IMG/VR virus record: IMGVR_UViG_3300030673_000004
Coordinates: 186,001-250,000 of that record
Strand: one strand, 5' to 3'
DNA: 64,000 bases
Part shown: piece after piece, positions 1 to 10,166 of the stretch
Layout: every line of letters begins with the position of its first letter
Numbering within the stretch: the first letter of the stretch is position 1
The notes under the pieces: model-generated
Seen by the model: the letters and a program-made list of their open reading frames with translations, nothing else
The model's database searches: none
What the model was told of the DNA's origin: nothing
Position numbers and translations under genes: made by a program

Positions 1-255
1 ATTAAATGTCACATGCTATAATGATTCATTTGATGGAATATCTGACGAATTAATGAACGACTATGAAGAATCTTTGAATGATAGGAATATCTTATTAGCT
101 AGGATTAATTCAAAAGGTTTTAAGTTACTAAACCAACAATGCTGAAGTTTATGTTAGATGACACACTAGGTCCATCAAGGGAGTCTTGGACGGCATCTTA
201 AGATATAGGAAGTAGATTTTCAACCCACTAATCTTTGAGACTTCTTGAAAGTACC

Positions 256-284
256 TTGACAAATATACACAAGTAGTGTATATT
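256..284 (+). promoter_or_regulatory. sigma70-like promoter
   Basis: TTGACA(256-261)-N17-TATATT(279-284). Confidence 0.75.
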
Positions 285-290
285 TTAAGT

Positions 291-665
291 ATGCCTGATA
301 CTGAAATTTTTAACGCTTTGCTTAACGAACAGCTCGCACGAATCATTGATGCTACGAAGGCTCATCGTCTTAGCTGGCAGCAGTCTGCTACAAGTAACAA
401 TACCTATAGGTTGGATTTTAAGGACATCTCTTTGCGCTTAGGGGATCTCCGTGCGTTTACGACAAATCGTGTCATTCTGGCAGTTAGGTATCGTGAACAA
501 AGTTCTACAGGCAGTTTTAGTAGGACTATCATTTATAGTAGTATTGAATATCCAAAAATTATTGAGCTGCTGAATGTCATTATGGTGTATCTACCCGTGT
601 TGGCTTCAGCGCCAGCTAATGTGTTTACCAGTGTTATCGACGCTCTAAGCTCTTTGTCAGACTAA
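291..665 (+). CDS. hypothetical protein, small paralog family A
   Basis: ORF; ATG at 291 lies 6 nt after a TATATT -10 box; shares L..I...T....I.W pattern with 669, 1916 and 3174. Confidence 0.7.
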   Translation: MPDTEIFNALLNEQLARIIDATKAHRLSWQQSATSNNTYRLDFKDISLRLGDLRAFTTNRVILAVRYREQSSTGSFSRTIIYSSIEYPKIIELLNVIMVYLPVLASAPANVFTSVIDALSSLSD

Positions 666-668
666 CCC

Positions 669-1064
669 ATGATGCCTCAAGATATTCGTTTAGCTCTATC
701 TGATATCATTTCTGGTACGTATAAGTATGATATCAAATGGTATAAGTCAGGTAATATCTATACTGCTAACAGGGGTGCTGTTAGGCTTGTACTTACAGAC
801 GCTAGAGAAGTTTGTACTGTTTGTGGTGCCTTTCTTCCCGATTACGGTTACTGTGGCGCTACTGAATCAGATCATGTTCCTGGCTCCGTTCAACTTGTTG
901 TGAAGTATCCGACGGAAGCCACACAATGTACTGTTGTTGTACCTGCCGATGACGAGCTAAAAGAAAGAGTTGCTGCTATAGTAACTCTACGTGCTCAAGA
1001 ATCTGTTAGGCACTGGCCTCCCTGCCGTTCCTTGACAGCAGCCCTCGCTCGTTTTCAATCTTAA
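669..1064 (+). CDS. hypothetical protein, family A, with CxxC insert
   Basis: ORF; LSDIISGTYKYDIKWY, CTVCG. Confidence 0.65.
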   Translation: MMPQDIRLALSDIISGTYKYDIKWYKSGNIYTANRGAVRLVLTDAREVCTVCGAFLPDYGYCGATESDHVPGSVQLVVKYPTEATQCTVVVPADDELKERVAAIVTLRAQESVRHWPPCRSLTAALARFQS

Positions 1065-1079
1065 GCAGAAAGTGTACTA

Positions 1080-1916
1080 ATGGAAATCCATAAGAATCGT
1101 GATCGTGCTCCTTACACGTTTGCCAACATCAATCTGTTGGGTCGCTGTAATGCTAATTGTTTTTTCTGCCTTGGAAAAGACATTGCAGACCAACTGGCTG
1201 GGTTGGATCAGATGTCTGTGCCATTCTCTGAGTGGGCAAACTTTGAGACATTTCTAACCCGCTGCACTGAATTGGGTGTGCATAAGCTGTACATGACTGG
1301 GCAGACGGCTGATGGTCTGCAATACAAGTACCTTGGGGAACTTGTGGATTATCTCCAGTCTCGTGACTTCACGGTGGGCTTGCGGTCTAACGGTCTTCTT
1401 GCTCTACAGAAGATGTCTATCATCAATAAGATGCAGGATGAGATTGCTTATTCCATTCATTCTCTGCGTCCGGAGGTGAACAAACTTATTGGTGCTCCCA
1501 TTCACCTGGACTGGGAGAAGATTATTCCTGCTAGTGGCGACAATGTTCGAGTGTCTATTGTGGTTAATAGGTATAATGCTGACGAGGTACTTGATGTCAT
1601 TAAGTATATCTCTCAGTTTAAGAATGTTCGCTACGTCCAAGTTCGTCGTATCTCGACGGATCTGCGGTTTGATCTTCTTAAGGAAGATGTTGAGGTCTAT
1701 GAGGGTTTGTATAACAACATTGCTACTCAGTATCCTAAGGTTGGTGAGTTTTACTTGTCTCAGGATCATATCATTCACGGTATGCACTGTTTCTTTTGGC
1801 GCACGGTGGAGACAAACATTAACAGTTTGAACTATTTTACCGATGGTACTTGCTCTGATGAATATTTTGTCGTAGAGGGCTATCTGAAGAACCGCGTACA
1901 GAAAGAAGTCATCTGA
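1080..1916 (+). CDS. radical SAM protein
   Basis: CNANCFFC (CxxxCxxC), later SNG motif. Confidence 0.85.
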   Translation: MEIHKNRDRAPYTFANINLLGRCNANCFFCLGKDIADQLAGLDQMSVPFSEWANFETFLTRCTELGVHKLYMTGQTADGLQYKYLGELVDYLQSRDFTVGLRSNGLLALQKMSIINKMQDEIAYSIHSLRPEVNKLIGAPIHLDWEKIIPASGDNVRVSIVVNRYNADEVLDVIKYISQFKNVRYVQVRRISTDLRFDLLKEDVEVYEGLYNNIATQYPKVGEFYLSQDHIIHGMHCFFWRTVETNINSLNYFTDGTCSDEYFVVEGYLKNRVQKEVI

Positions 1917-2320
1917 TGCCTATTGAAGATTATATCAAGCAACTACATGACTACACATTGTTCGGTCGCTATAATTGGAAGTTTGATGAGTCTGTGTTTA
2001 CTCTTGATTTGGGCGCGGTGTGCTTTTACGTTGCTCTTGGTCCTTTGGACACCCCTTACTTGACTGTGCATTTTGTGACGACTATTTCCCAAGCAGATTC
2101 TCTGGGAAAGCAACTTGTCGGGTATACCGTGTGTAAGTATACAGCAATGGATACTGTAGGTGTTGATTCTTTGTATGCTTTGCTTTGGTCTTTGCGCCCC
2201 ATTACTGTATCTCCTGATATTGGAATCAAGGAGCCTTTTACCTGTGTTGACGCTGCCTTTGACTATGCGTTCAAACAGGCAAGTCCGGAGTCATCTAACG
2301 AAAGTACTGATCATGCCTAA
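1916..2320 (+). CDS. hypothetical protein, family A
   Basis: ORF overlapping the previous stop; IKQLHDYTLFGRYNW. Confidence 0.6.
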   Translation: MPIEDYIKQLHDYTLFGRYNWKFDESVFTLDLGAVCFYVALGPLDTPYLTVHFVTTISQADSLGKQLVGYTVCKYTAMDTVGVDSLYALLWSLRPITVSPDIGIKEPFTCVDAAFDYAFKQASPESSNESTDHA

Positions 2321-2708
2321 GGCGCGTCTATTTGCTTTTTTCTGCTGTCTTTTTGCTCTGTGTAGCTGTAAGCCAGCTCCGATTGAGAATGATGTCCATA
2401 TGGCCAACATTACATACAGCACTGTTCAGTATGTGGCAGCATCCTCTTCAGAGCCTGCTCATGTTCGTGTTCTAAGCCAGGACAGTCCCAGTAAGAGCAC
2501 AGAATACTATGACTACGGCTCGTCTAGCTGTGATGCTCGGTGCCAGTTTGATGCTTTTTATATTAAGGCATATAATCAATCCGGTGTTGTTTCTTGGTGT
2601 AAACAAGGTGATATCCGTGTTATTGCTAGAGCTTGTGCCGCTTGCACGTCTATGCCTGATCCTCTCGACACACCTACTGATTCTACGGACTCAACAAGTC
2701 AGCCTTAA
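2313..2708 (+). CDS. putative lipoprotein/exported protein
   Basis: MPKARLFAFFCCLFALCSC signal/lipobox-like start; start moved from the ORF track to ATG 2313. Confidence 0.55.
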   Translation: MPKARLFAFFCCLFALCSCKPAPIENDVHMANITYSTVQYVAASSSEPAHVRVLSQDSPSKSTEYYDYGSSSCDARCQFDAFYIKAYNQSGVVSWCKQGDIRVIARACAACTSMPDPLDTPTDSTDSTSQP

Positions 2709-2763
2709 GATTTATATACATTGAACGTAAGTACCTCTTTATGTAATTTGGAGGTACTTTTCA

Positions 2764-3177
2764 ATGCCAAGCGTTCGTGAATATGTAGAATCTCGTGCTT
2801 CTCAGCTAGGAATGAACAAAACTAATGTTCAGTATATCCTAGGTAACTTAGCAACTGCATCTATTGCTGGTGAAGTATCTGCAAGTGACTTGTATCAGTC
2901 GATGGCTGATCGTGCTTTGCAGTCTTTAGCTAAGCGGCTCAAGCGTGATGCTGATACGGAAAAGAAGCATAAGGAAGAATTTGAAGCTAATCGTCCCGCA
3001 AAGCGTCCTTTTGGAACTAATGATTCAGCCTTGGAAGAGGCTAAGGATCCGTTCACGGGGGAGCGTTTGAAGAAGGTGTATCTCCTAGGTGATCGTGAGG
3101 CACTTATGAATGAACACTCTAAGGTTGTTTATCCTATTCCAGATCTATCCAAAGTAGAGGGGGAAGACAAGGCATGA
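2764..3177 (+). CDS. hypothetical protein
   Basis: ORF with GGAGGT RBS. Confidence 0.75.
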   Translation: MPSVREYVESRASQLGMNKTNVQYILGNLATASIAGEVSASDLYQSMADRALQSLAKRLKRDADTEKKHKEEFEANRPAKRPFGTNDSALEEAKDPFTGERLKKVYLLGDREALMNEHSKVVYPIPDLSKVEGEDKA

Positions 3178-3620
3178 GTGCTACTGACATGATATCTGCT
3201 ACATTAGCCACTACCGGAGTGCCCCATTTGGTCATTGCCGAAGACACCCGAATAGATGCCAAAGTTACTATTCGTATTAAGCGCTTGCTAGATTTGACGG
3301 AACGTGGTCAGATACGCTGGGTGGCTACAGGTAGAGGTGACATATTCACTACGTATAACAAAGATGTTCAGTGCTCTGTGGTAGCTGTTGGTTTTGGGGA
3401 AGTTCCTGATGAGTATGCTCTGACTGTTTCATTCATTGGCGGTTCCTTAGGGGATCCTGAATTTAAGTACGAGGAAGTTCACTCCCCTGAGTATCCTCTG
3501 ATTGTTAAGCTTTTTGACGCAGCTTCAAAGCACAATATCCCAGAGAGCACGAGTACCTGGCCCTATCCTAAGTACTCTAACATATCAGATGCTCTTTCTG
3601 GTTTGCTGTCTGGTATTTAG
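3174..3620 (+). CDS. hypothetical protein, family A, with shared N-terminal motif
   Basis: ATGA overlap; ISATLATTGVPHLVIA; IKRLLDLTERGQIRW. Confidence 0.7.
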   Translation: MSATDMISATLATTGVPHLVIAEDTRIDAKVTIRIKRLLDLTERGQIRWVATGRGDIFTTYNKDVQCSVVAVGFGEVPDEYALTVSFIGGSLGDPEFKYEEVHSPEYPLIVKLFDAASKHNIPESTSTWPYPKYSNISDALSGLLSGI

Positions 3621-3622
3621 TA

Positions 3623-3952
3623 ATGTATGTTGTATACGCATCACAGGTGCTAAAATCATTTAATATACCATATATTGTGGTATCCTCATTAGGTGTAGCA
3701 CTACCTAGGCATATACTGCAGTTTACTTTGAAGGATAAGCATCTTACAGGTGATGGTACCTCCTACTGGGTTTATACCGGAATTACGTCTGTCGGACATA
3801 CTATAATCTCTGTTAAGATGCAAGGTCCCATTATACACGCGGCTGTTTGGCATAGCGGCTTAGAAGTTGGCTCTGTTGAGCTGGACACTATTACCGAGCT
3901 TCCAGAATCTTTGATAAATAAAGTATCTGGTGTGCTTAATATAATATCTTGA
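3623..3952 (+). CDS. hypothetical protein
   Basis: ORF; SQVLKSFNIPYIVVS resembles the shared motif. Confidence 0.55.
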   Translation: MYVVYASQVLKSFNIPYIVVSSLGVALPRHILQFTLKDKHLTGDGTSYWVYTGITSVGHTIISVKMQGPIIHAAVWHSGLEVGSVELDTITELPESLINKVSGVLNIIS

Positions 3953-3985
3953 CATATATATATATATATATAATTAATGTATATT
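3949..3985 (+). promoter_or_regulatory. sigma70-like promoter with (TA)9 tract in the spacer
   Basis: TTGACA(3949-3954), (TA)9 (3955-3972), ATTAATG, TATATT(3980-3985); spacer 25 nt. Confidence 0.65.
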
Positions 3986-4005
3986 TGAGCTAAGGGGTAC
4001 TGCAA

Positions 4006-4623
4006 ATGTCTAACACTAACACTAACACTAACACTAACACTAATTTTGTCTCTAGCCTATTGGGTAGCGCACATGTGGCTCATATTGCAGTTGCTTCGGA
4101 ATCACAAAAGCCACGATCCTGTGTGTTTGTTGATGGCGCTACTCCTACTTTCGATTTTTCTGGCTTCTGTGATCGCGCAAAGGTTAATGCTGAGCAGGAA
4201 GCTGTAAAAGTTTTTCATGTGCAGAAAAGCTATGCTAGGTTTAATCTGACATTTGACTACAAGGGGGCGGATCATAAGGGCTTAGCCGGTGTCGTGATTT
4301 GTAGCATGGATAATGGAGAACATTTTCAAATTAGTCTTCGTCCATCCGGAAACAGCCCTTTTGAGCATCGTGTTGTAGTTGAGCACAATGCAGATCATAA
4401 AGTGTACGATGAATCTGGCAAGGTGCTTAAATGGGTAGATGAAGAAGCTGAACGTTCTCGTCAGATGACTTCTGTTGTTTTTACTGGTATTTTTGTTTCT
4501 AGCAACAATGCCGAGGACATTGGTAGTTCCGCATTCTTTAATAAGCTGTTTACTGCTGTTGCTGAGAATGCTCCATACACAGAACAGCAAGATTCTTTGA
4601 TTAAGCGTGTAAAGCGTATCTAG
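4006..4623 (+). CDS. hypothetical protein with (NT)n N-terminus
   Basis: ORF; (ACTAAC)n repeat at 4010-4044; VSSLLGSAHVAHIAVAS. Confidence 0.75.
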   Translation: MSNTNTNTNTNTNFVSSLLGSAHVAHIAVASESQKPRSCVFVDGATPTFDFSGFCDRAKVNAEQEAVKVFHVQKSYARFNLTFDYKGADHKGLAGVVICSMDNGEHFQISLRPSGNSPFEHRVVVEHNADHKVYDESGKVLKWVDEEAERSRQMTSVVFTGIFVSSNNAEDIGSSAFFNKLFTAVAENAPYTEQQDSLIKRVKRI

Positions 4624-4645
4624 TTCTTACTCACACCTTTTGAAT

Positions 4646-4688
4646 AAAAACACCTGTACTTCTTAAAGAGACACAGGTGTTTTTATTT
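4646..4688. terminator. intrinsic terminator, possibly bidirectional
   Basis: AAAAACACCTGT...ACAGGTGTTTTTA inverted repeat. Confidence 0.65.
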
Positions 4689-4700
4689 TAAGGATAGTGC

Positions 4701-6845
4701 ATGCCTTCATTTGTAAAAGTTGGAGACGCTCCTAGTCAGAATTACTTTGGCACCAATATGATGTCAACAGCCCCTATGGCTGTTGCTAAGTCTGGCAAGC
4801 GCTCTGCATCAAATCTTGGGTATACAGGCACAGCTCAAGCTGATGTCATGTTCAATACAGATAGATACGCACCAAACGTAGAGTCCTTGGAGCGTGAAAG
4901 TCTTTTAGATGATATTACACCTAAAACTGATTATGCCCAAGCACAGCTATTCAACAGAATCTATCGTGATGATTCTGTAGCGGGTCAGGGCACGGATATG
5001 ATTGCTACCCTTCCCTGGTCAGATATGACCTTGTCCGGTATTGATGATCCAGCAATCATGCGCATCTATGAAGAAACCGTAGAGCAGTTGGATCCTGTTC
5101 AGTTGATGCCTGAGATAACACGCGAGTTTCTTAAGTTTGGACGCCACTCATCTACTTTGCTATTTGATGAGGATAATGGAACATTCTTTGATATGTTCGC
5201 ACATGATCCGCAGTTCTTAGAGATCACTCCTATTCCTATTCGTGGCTGGGATCCTAAGATTGATTGGGTTTGTGCTCCTGATATGCGAAAGTTCCTTGAG
5301 TCCAAGGATGACCGTGATAAAGCCGCTAAAGGCAGCTTGCCAGATAACCTACGCAGGGCTCTTCTTACAGGTAAGGCTGCTTTAGATCCAGCAACAACCT
5401 TGTATGTACCTCGTCGTGTTAATACCTATGATCATAAAGGTACATCTATATATTTTCGTATCTTACCGTATTATGCTATTGAAAAGCATTTACAGGCAGG
5501 TACTATTACAATGGCCCGCCGTCGTATTCGTTCTATTCTGCACGCCTCTGTAGGTATTGATAACGTGTGGGAACCCACGATGGACGAGTTGGATGAAGTC
5601 CAACGTATTTTTGTTCAGACAGAAGAGGATCCCACTGGTGCTGTTGTTGTTACTCGTAATGGTATAACGGTATCCGAATACCGTAATGGTGGTGACTTTT
5701 GGAAGTTGTCGGAGGAACAAGATTCTCTGCGTGCTGCAAAGCTTGCCGCTATGGGCTTATCTGACACCTTCTTGACTGGGGAAGCTAGCTATACAACAAC
5801 GGAAGCTACACTGTCCGTGTTCATGGAGAGCATTAAAGTCATGCGCTCCTATATTGCACAGAAGGTCTGGGAGCATACGATCTTTGATAGATTAGCTCGT
5901 GCTCATCAGTTTCTGCGCCGTACACCTGCTGAACTATCACACCATGTTCGTACCACAGCATCCATGTCCTTTGAAGATGCTATGGATATTCCACGTAACA
6001 GTTTATTGCTGCCTACGATTCACTGGAACAAAAATCTATCGCCTGAGTCGGATACTTCTTACATTGATATTTTGGAGAAGATAGAGCAGCATGGGGTGCC
6101 TATTTCTCTGAAGACATGGGCATCTGCTGGTGGCTTAGACCTGTCTTCTTTGATGGAGCAGTTGCCAGAAGATGCTAAGCTTCGTGGGCAAATTGACAAG
6201 CTGCATCCTGAAGAGGGTGAGGGTGGCGAAGGCGGTGGGAGCGGAGGTGGCGACTTTGGTGGAGCATTTAGTTCTACTGTTGCTACGCCTTCTACATACT
6301 TCTGGCAGCCTGCTATTAGATCTGTAGCTTATGCCTCTGGGAATATGTCCGCTGATCAACCTGTCATGGATTTAACACCGTCTGAGTGGGCTTCTGTTGT
6401 CAGCTATGTAACCAAAGACAACCGTCGCATGGGCATCCTAAAGGATAACGCCGCATTGTCTCGGTACCTGGGTGAGCGGTTTTCTGAGGCTACAGCAAAG
6501 ATAGAAACATCAAAGTTTCTTTTGAATAGACTTGGTTTCGCTACTGTTCCTGTTGCTCGTGAGACTGTTGAACGTCTTGCGAATCTATATGAGACACAAT
6601 CAAAAGTAGCACAGGCTAGTCATAATAAGGATCTTATTAGATTGGTTCGTGCTGAGATTATCAAACTTACCGATATATACAACCGTTCTTCTCAACAGAC
6701 GAGTTTAGGGTCGTCTTCTTCGGGTCCCAGTGCTCGTATAACTGATGGTTTTGCTTCTGTGAGCAATAATATGGTTAGTGCTAGCCAGGGACCCAAGATC
6801 AAGGATGAGACCTCCAAGCTTACTATGTATTCCGGATTGGGCTAG
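4701..6845 (+). CDS. probable portal protein with C-terminal extension
   Basis: GTSIYFRIL..YAIEK......MARRR.RSILHASVG and AAMGLSDTFLTGEASY resemble T4 gp20-type portals; Gly-rich linker before the extension. Confidence 0.6.
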   Translation: MPSFVKVGDAPSQNYFGTNMMSTAPMAVAKSGKRSASNLGYTGTAQADVMFNTDRYAPNVESLERESLLDDITPKTDYAQAQLFNRIYRDDSVAGQGTDMIATLPWSDMTLSGIDDPAIMRIYEETVEQLDPVQLMPEITREFLKFGRHSSTLLFDEDNGTFFDMFAHDPQFLEITPIPIRGWDPKIDWVCAPDMRKFLESKDDRDKAAKGSLPDNLRRALLTGKAALDPATTLYVPRRVNTYDHKGTSIYFRILPYYAIEKHLQAGTITMARRRIRSILHASVGIDNVWEPTMDELDEVQRIFVQTEEDPTGAVVVTRNGITVSEYRNGGDFWKLSEEQDSLRAAKLAAMGLSDTFLTGEASYTTTEATLSVFMESIKVMRSYIAQKVWEHTIFDRLARAHQFLRRTPAELSHHVRTTASMSFEDAMDIPRNSLLLPTIHWNKNLSPESDTSYIDILEKIEQHGVPISLKTWASAGGLDLSSLMEQLPEDAKLRGQIDKLHPEEGEGGEGGGSGGGDFGGAFSSTVATPSTYFWQPAIRSVAYASGNMSADQPVMDLTPSEWASVVSYVTKDNRRMGILKDNAALSRYLGERFSEATAKIETSKFLLNRLGFATVPVARETVERLANLYETQSKVAQASHNKDLIRLVRAEIIKLTDIYNRSSQQTSLGSSSSGPSARITDGFASVSNNMVSASQGPKIKDETSKLTMYSGLG

Positions 6846-6850
6846 TTCTA

Positions 6851-7486
6851 ATGTCGCATAATGCCAATGATTATCGTGAGGCAGCAAATATCAGTCCCGT
6901 GGATCCTGATATTCGTGCTTATATGTTTCAAGATTTATCTAGGATCAAGGATGATATCGCTACTATTGATTCTAGAATAAATGAAGCTGTAAGAGAGGCG
7001 AATGACCGTACCGAGTACGCTCTTCAGCAGATTCGGACTCATTTTGAAGAAGAGATACGGCGTTTATCTAATATGTATTCAGCCGTTGCTGAGAAGTTAT
7101 CTGCCGCAGTAACTATTACTAATGCTAACGCGGAGGGTATTGCGGAGTTACGTAGCTTAGTTTCAAGTCTTAAAGATTCTATAGCTCGCTTGGAGGGTAT
7201 TGATGGTCGTGTTGATACTATCATTCAAGCAAAAGTTGCAGATACATTTAAGAATATAGAGTACTTGATAGATAATAAAATAATGAAGCAGCAGAATTTA
7301 GAGAATGCAGAGATGCCTAGAAGCGAGCTTCGTTCTGTTCCTACAAAGGTATCTGATATAGATAAACGATTAATCACATTAGAGCGTAAAATGTGGCTAA
7401 TCAATTTACTTGGTATAATAATCATGGGTATCGTTGCTTCTTTTGGCAAAGAATTAGCCCAACTGTTGTTTAAGTTCCCTCGTTGA
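6851..7486 (+). CDS. coiled-coil protein with C-terminal transmembrane helix
   Basis: heptad-rich body; MWLINLLGIIIMGIVASF. Confidence 0.65.
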   Translation: MSHNANDYREAANISPVDPDIRAYMFQDLSRIKDDIATIDSRINEAVREANDRTEYALQQIRTHFEEEIRRLSNMYSAVAEKLSAAVTITNANAEGIAELRSLVSSLKDSIARLEGIDGRVDTIIQAKVADTFKNIEYLIDNKIMKQQNLENAEMPRSELRSVPTKVSDIDKRLITLERKMWLINLLGIIIMGIVASFGKELAQLLFKFPR

Positions 7487-8232
7487 GTGCAGGATCTATC
7501 ATGGTAACACCGTTTCACGATCTTACAGTAGAAAACGTAGACAGATTGGATAACATACTGCATACGGCAGCATCGTTTTTTGTTCTGTGCGTTGGGTTCT
7601 CTAAAGAGCAAGCGTCCGCTTTTACAAAAGCATACCGACGAGAGTTTTCTGCTAACTGGTTATCGTTGCAGCATAATACCTGCCATGTAGAATCTACTGT
7701 TATTGCTTATGTTGATAAATCTTTATTTGATGCTGTTCTAGGTGAGTTACAATATATACCTGCTGTTATTATGTTGAATGAAGATGTAACATATACTAAG
7801 ATAACAAAACGATATGTTAGAAAAACTCATACTCCTCTGATACGTGTAACATCTGAGCCTAAGGCCGTTGTTGAGCTATGCCGGGATGACTATTATAATA
7901 ATGTTTGTGCTACTATAACAGCAACTGACTTAAGTAATTCTGAAGTTGTTTGTCCTACGTTAGATTATGCGCTGCTGGTTAGTTTACGCATGAATAAAGA
8001 TATAATACAGAGAGCTAAAGATGTATCCGGATCAGCTACAACGGCTATCCCTCTTGAAGCCTTAGATCTTGATGCAGAATCAGCCGTGGATGCCGTTCAG
8101 GAGAATCCACCTAAAGGGCATACTTACGGGTTATCTAAACTGAAATCTTTATGCACAAAAGGTAATGCTACAATAGCTGTTGCTCGTGCTGCTATTCTAT
8201 TGTTTTTACTTTGTGCCTCGGTGGCCCTATAA
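7483..8232 (+). CDS. hypothetical protein
   Basis: 249-aa ORF coupled to both neighbours. Confidence 0.6.
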   Translation: MSAGSIMVTPFHDLTVENVDRLDNILHTAASFFVLCVGFSKEQASAFTKAYRREFSANWLSLQHNTCHVESTVIAYVDKSLFDAVLGELQYIPAVIMLNEDVTYTKITKRYVRKTHTPLIRVTSEPKAVVELCRDDYYNNVCATITATDLSNSEVVCPTLDYALLVSLRMNKDIIQRAKDVSGSATTAIPLEALDLDAESAVDAVQENPPKGHTYGLSKLKSLCTKGNATIAVARAAILLFLLCASVAL

Positions 8233-9203
8233 TGGGAATACGATCAGTACGACAACCTGCCCCATCGCAGCAATGGAGAGATGACGGTAATAGTGTCATG
8301 TCTCGTACTGACGGTTTAGTGGGGCCTGGTCGTGAAATAGCTGAAGGTCTGATTAAACAGGTAGTCCAGTTAAATTCTAATGCCCTGAGTATAGATACTC
8401 GGTACTTTTACTACTACAAGCGTAAGTCCTCGGGGCGTACCTGCTCGTGCCTGTTAGCTGATCAGACTTCTCCTGATGGTACTTGTAATGTATGTTTTGG
8501 TACTGGTATTCCCGGTGGTTATGACAAGTTCGGTACCTACTCTGATATTTTAGATTATACGACACCTGAGATGAATATGTCGGGTGTTGTTCCTGACCTA
8601 GGTTCTCGTCCTGTCTTACTTGTTCTGGATCCTCAGAACCTATCTGGCTGGTTTGAGGCTACCTTTGCGACTCATCGTAATAAGGGTTATGTTGATTCTA
8701 TTAGATTTATCTACTCAAGCAAGAGTGGCTATTCTACGGTTACACCCACGATACGTGTCTCTGGGTCTTCGGTTAGTACCGCGATACCATTAACAGAAGC
8801 AAATTTAACATCTATAATTAGTACATCTACTGCGTTTACTATTCGTGTGACTATGACACGCACATCCTTAGATGTGATTTCTCCGGCTTTTTCAAATATC
8901 TATTTTAGATACGGGTTGTTGAATAAGAAGGATTTGATGATTCGCGGTGACATACCAACTAATACAGAAACCGTTAATCTACAAGAATACGGTTTTGAGG
9001 AACAGTTTGGCGTTACACAGATTGTGTTTGATAATAGGATAACGGCTTATACACAGGATGATTTCTTATACTACCCTGAGCAGGACAAAGTATATAAAAT
9101 TACAGAAGTAGCTCCTAAGTATGCTATAGGTCGTTATATGGGTTTTGATGTGAACTGTCGTGTTGCACAGCAGTTTGAGATATACCGTAAGTTTCCACTG
9201 TAA
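8232..9203 (+). CDS. probable virion head-completion/neck-like protein with Cys cluster
   Basis: CSC-x8-CNVCFGTGIPGGY; beta-rich C-terminus; near the portal-like gene. Confidence 0.45.
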   Translation: MGIRSVRQPAPSQQWRDDGNSVMSRTDGLVGPGREIAEGLIKQVVQLNSNALSIDTRYFYYYKRKSSGRTCSCLLADQTSPDGTCNVCFGTGIPGGYDKFGTYSDILDYTTPEMNMSGVVPDLGSRPVLLVLDPQNLSGWFEATFATHRNKGYVDSIRFIYSSKSGYSTVTPTIRVSGSSVSTAIPLTEANLTSIISTSTAFTIRVTMTRTSLDVISPAFSNIYFRYGLLNKKDLMIRGDIPTNTETVNLQEYGFEEQFGVTQIVFDNRITAYTQDDFLYYPEQDKVYKITEVAPKYAIGRYMGFDVNCRVAQQFEIYRKFPL

Positions 9204-9251
9204 CTACGTATTGATGTTTTATTTACCTTATTAACTGTTAGGAGATTACTC

Positions 9252-9698
9252 ATGACAACATCTACATATATCTACTACAAGTCTGTTCCAGAAAATGCAG
9301 AAGGTGACTCCCGTGGTTGTCTTCTATCTGGTATGATAACTAAAGATGATACTGTTGATCTATCTGAGTTCGGCTTTACCGAATCCTGTGGAAGAGTGTA
9401 TGTAAAATTTCTACATAATTCTAATTATGTATTTGTTCCTGGATCTTATTTGTATGATGTTCTCAATTCTGTCTACTACAGATGTTTGGAACTACATTCC
9501 GCAATGACTGAAGCTGAATTTGGTTTTAATATTCCTGCGTTTGCTACTATATTAATTTGTCGTGTCCTTGGTGACTTTGAAGTACCTGAGGGTATTGTTA
9601 TCGCAGCTACTTGTGATTCTGTAGAAGCTAAGCATGTGTTTGGTTCTGATTTATCGGGTGTTAGCTTAGATAATAATTCACCCGTTGTATTGATGTGA
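9252..9698 (+). CDS. hypothetical protein
   Basis: ORF with GGAG RBS. Confidence 0.65.
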   Translation: MTTSTYIYYKSVPENAEGDSRGCLLSGMITKDDTVDLSEFGFTESCGRVYVKFLHNSNYVFVPGSYLYDVLNSVYYRCLELHSAMTEAEFGFNIPAFATILICRVLGDFEVPEGIVIAATCDSVEAKHVFGSDLSGVSLDNNSPVVLM

Positions 9699-9714
9699 CA
9701 AAAGCTAAACACCT

Positions 9715-10014
9715 ATGACTATCTATCTACATTTTGTTGCATTAAGCTGGTTGGTAGCTCTTTTTGTTAAGACGCCTATAGCTTTTCATCTATCAAAAGT
9801 AATAGGACGTGCTGTTGCTTGTCCTCTTTGCTTAGGTTGGTATCTTGGTTTTGCCCTAGGTATTGTTCATCTATGTACAGGTTTAGTTACTTTTGATTGG
9901 TATTTCCCAGCTATTTCTGCCATGGTAACTAGTGGTTCAGCTTTCAGTATACGTGTACTACTAGATATTGTAGATGCTCTACATACACGTGTGCTTCTAT
10001 GGGAATCTAAATAA
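9715..10014 (+). CDS. small membrane protein, DUF1360-like
   Basis: hydrophobic segments around CPLCLGW. Confidence 0.5.
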   Translation: MTIYLHFVALSWLVALFVKTPIAFHLSKVIGRAVACPLCLGWYLGFALGIVHLCTGLVTFDWYFPAISAMVTSGSAFSIRVLLDIVDALHTRVLLWESK

Positions 10015-10166
10015 TGAGTTGCTGTAGTGGGAAATTGCAGCCCTTGACTACAAAAGCTACTGTATGTCCCCACTGTGGAAGATACTCTACTACTCGATCT
10101 GGCACCCAAATATGTCCGAAATGTAAGAACATCTTTTTAGTTCGGACACAGGCAAGGACTGCATGA
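10014..10166 (+). CDS. 50-aa zinc-ribbon protein (absent from the ORF track)
   Basis: MSCCSG...CPHCG...CPKCK; overlaps the upstream stop and the downstream ATGA. Confidence 0.65.
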   Translation: MSCCSGKLQPLTTKATVCPHCGRYSTTRSGTQICPKCKNIFLVRTQARTA

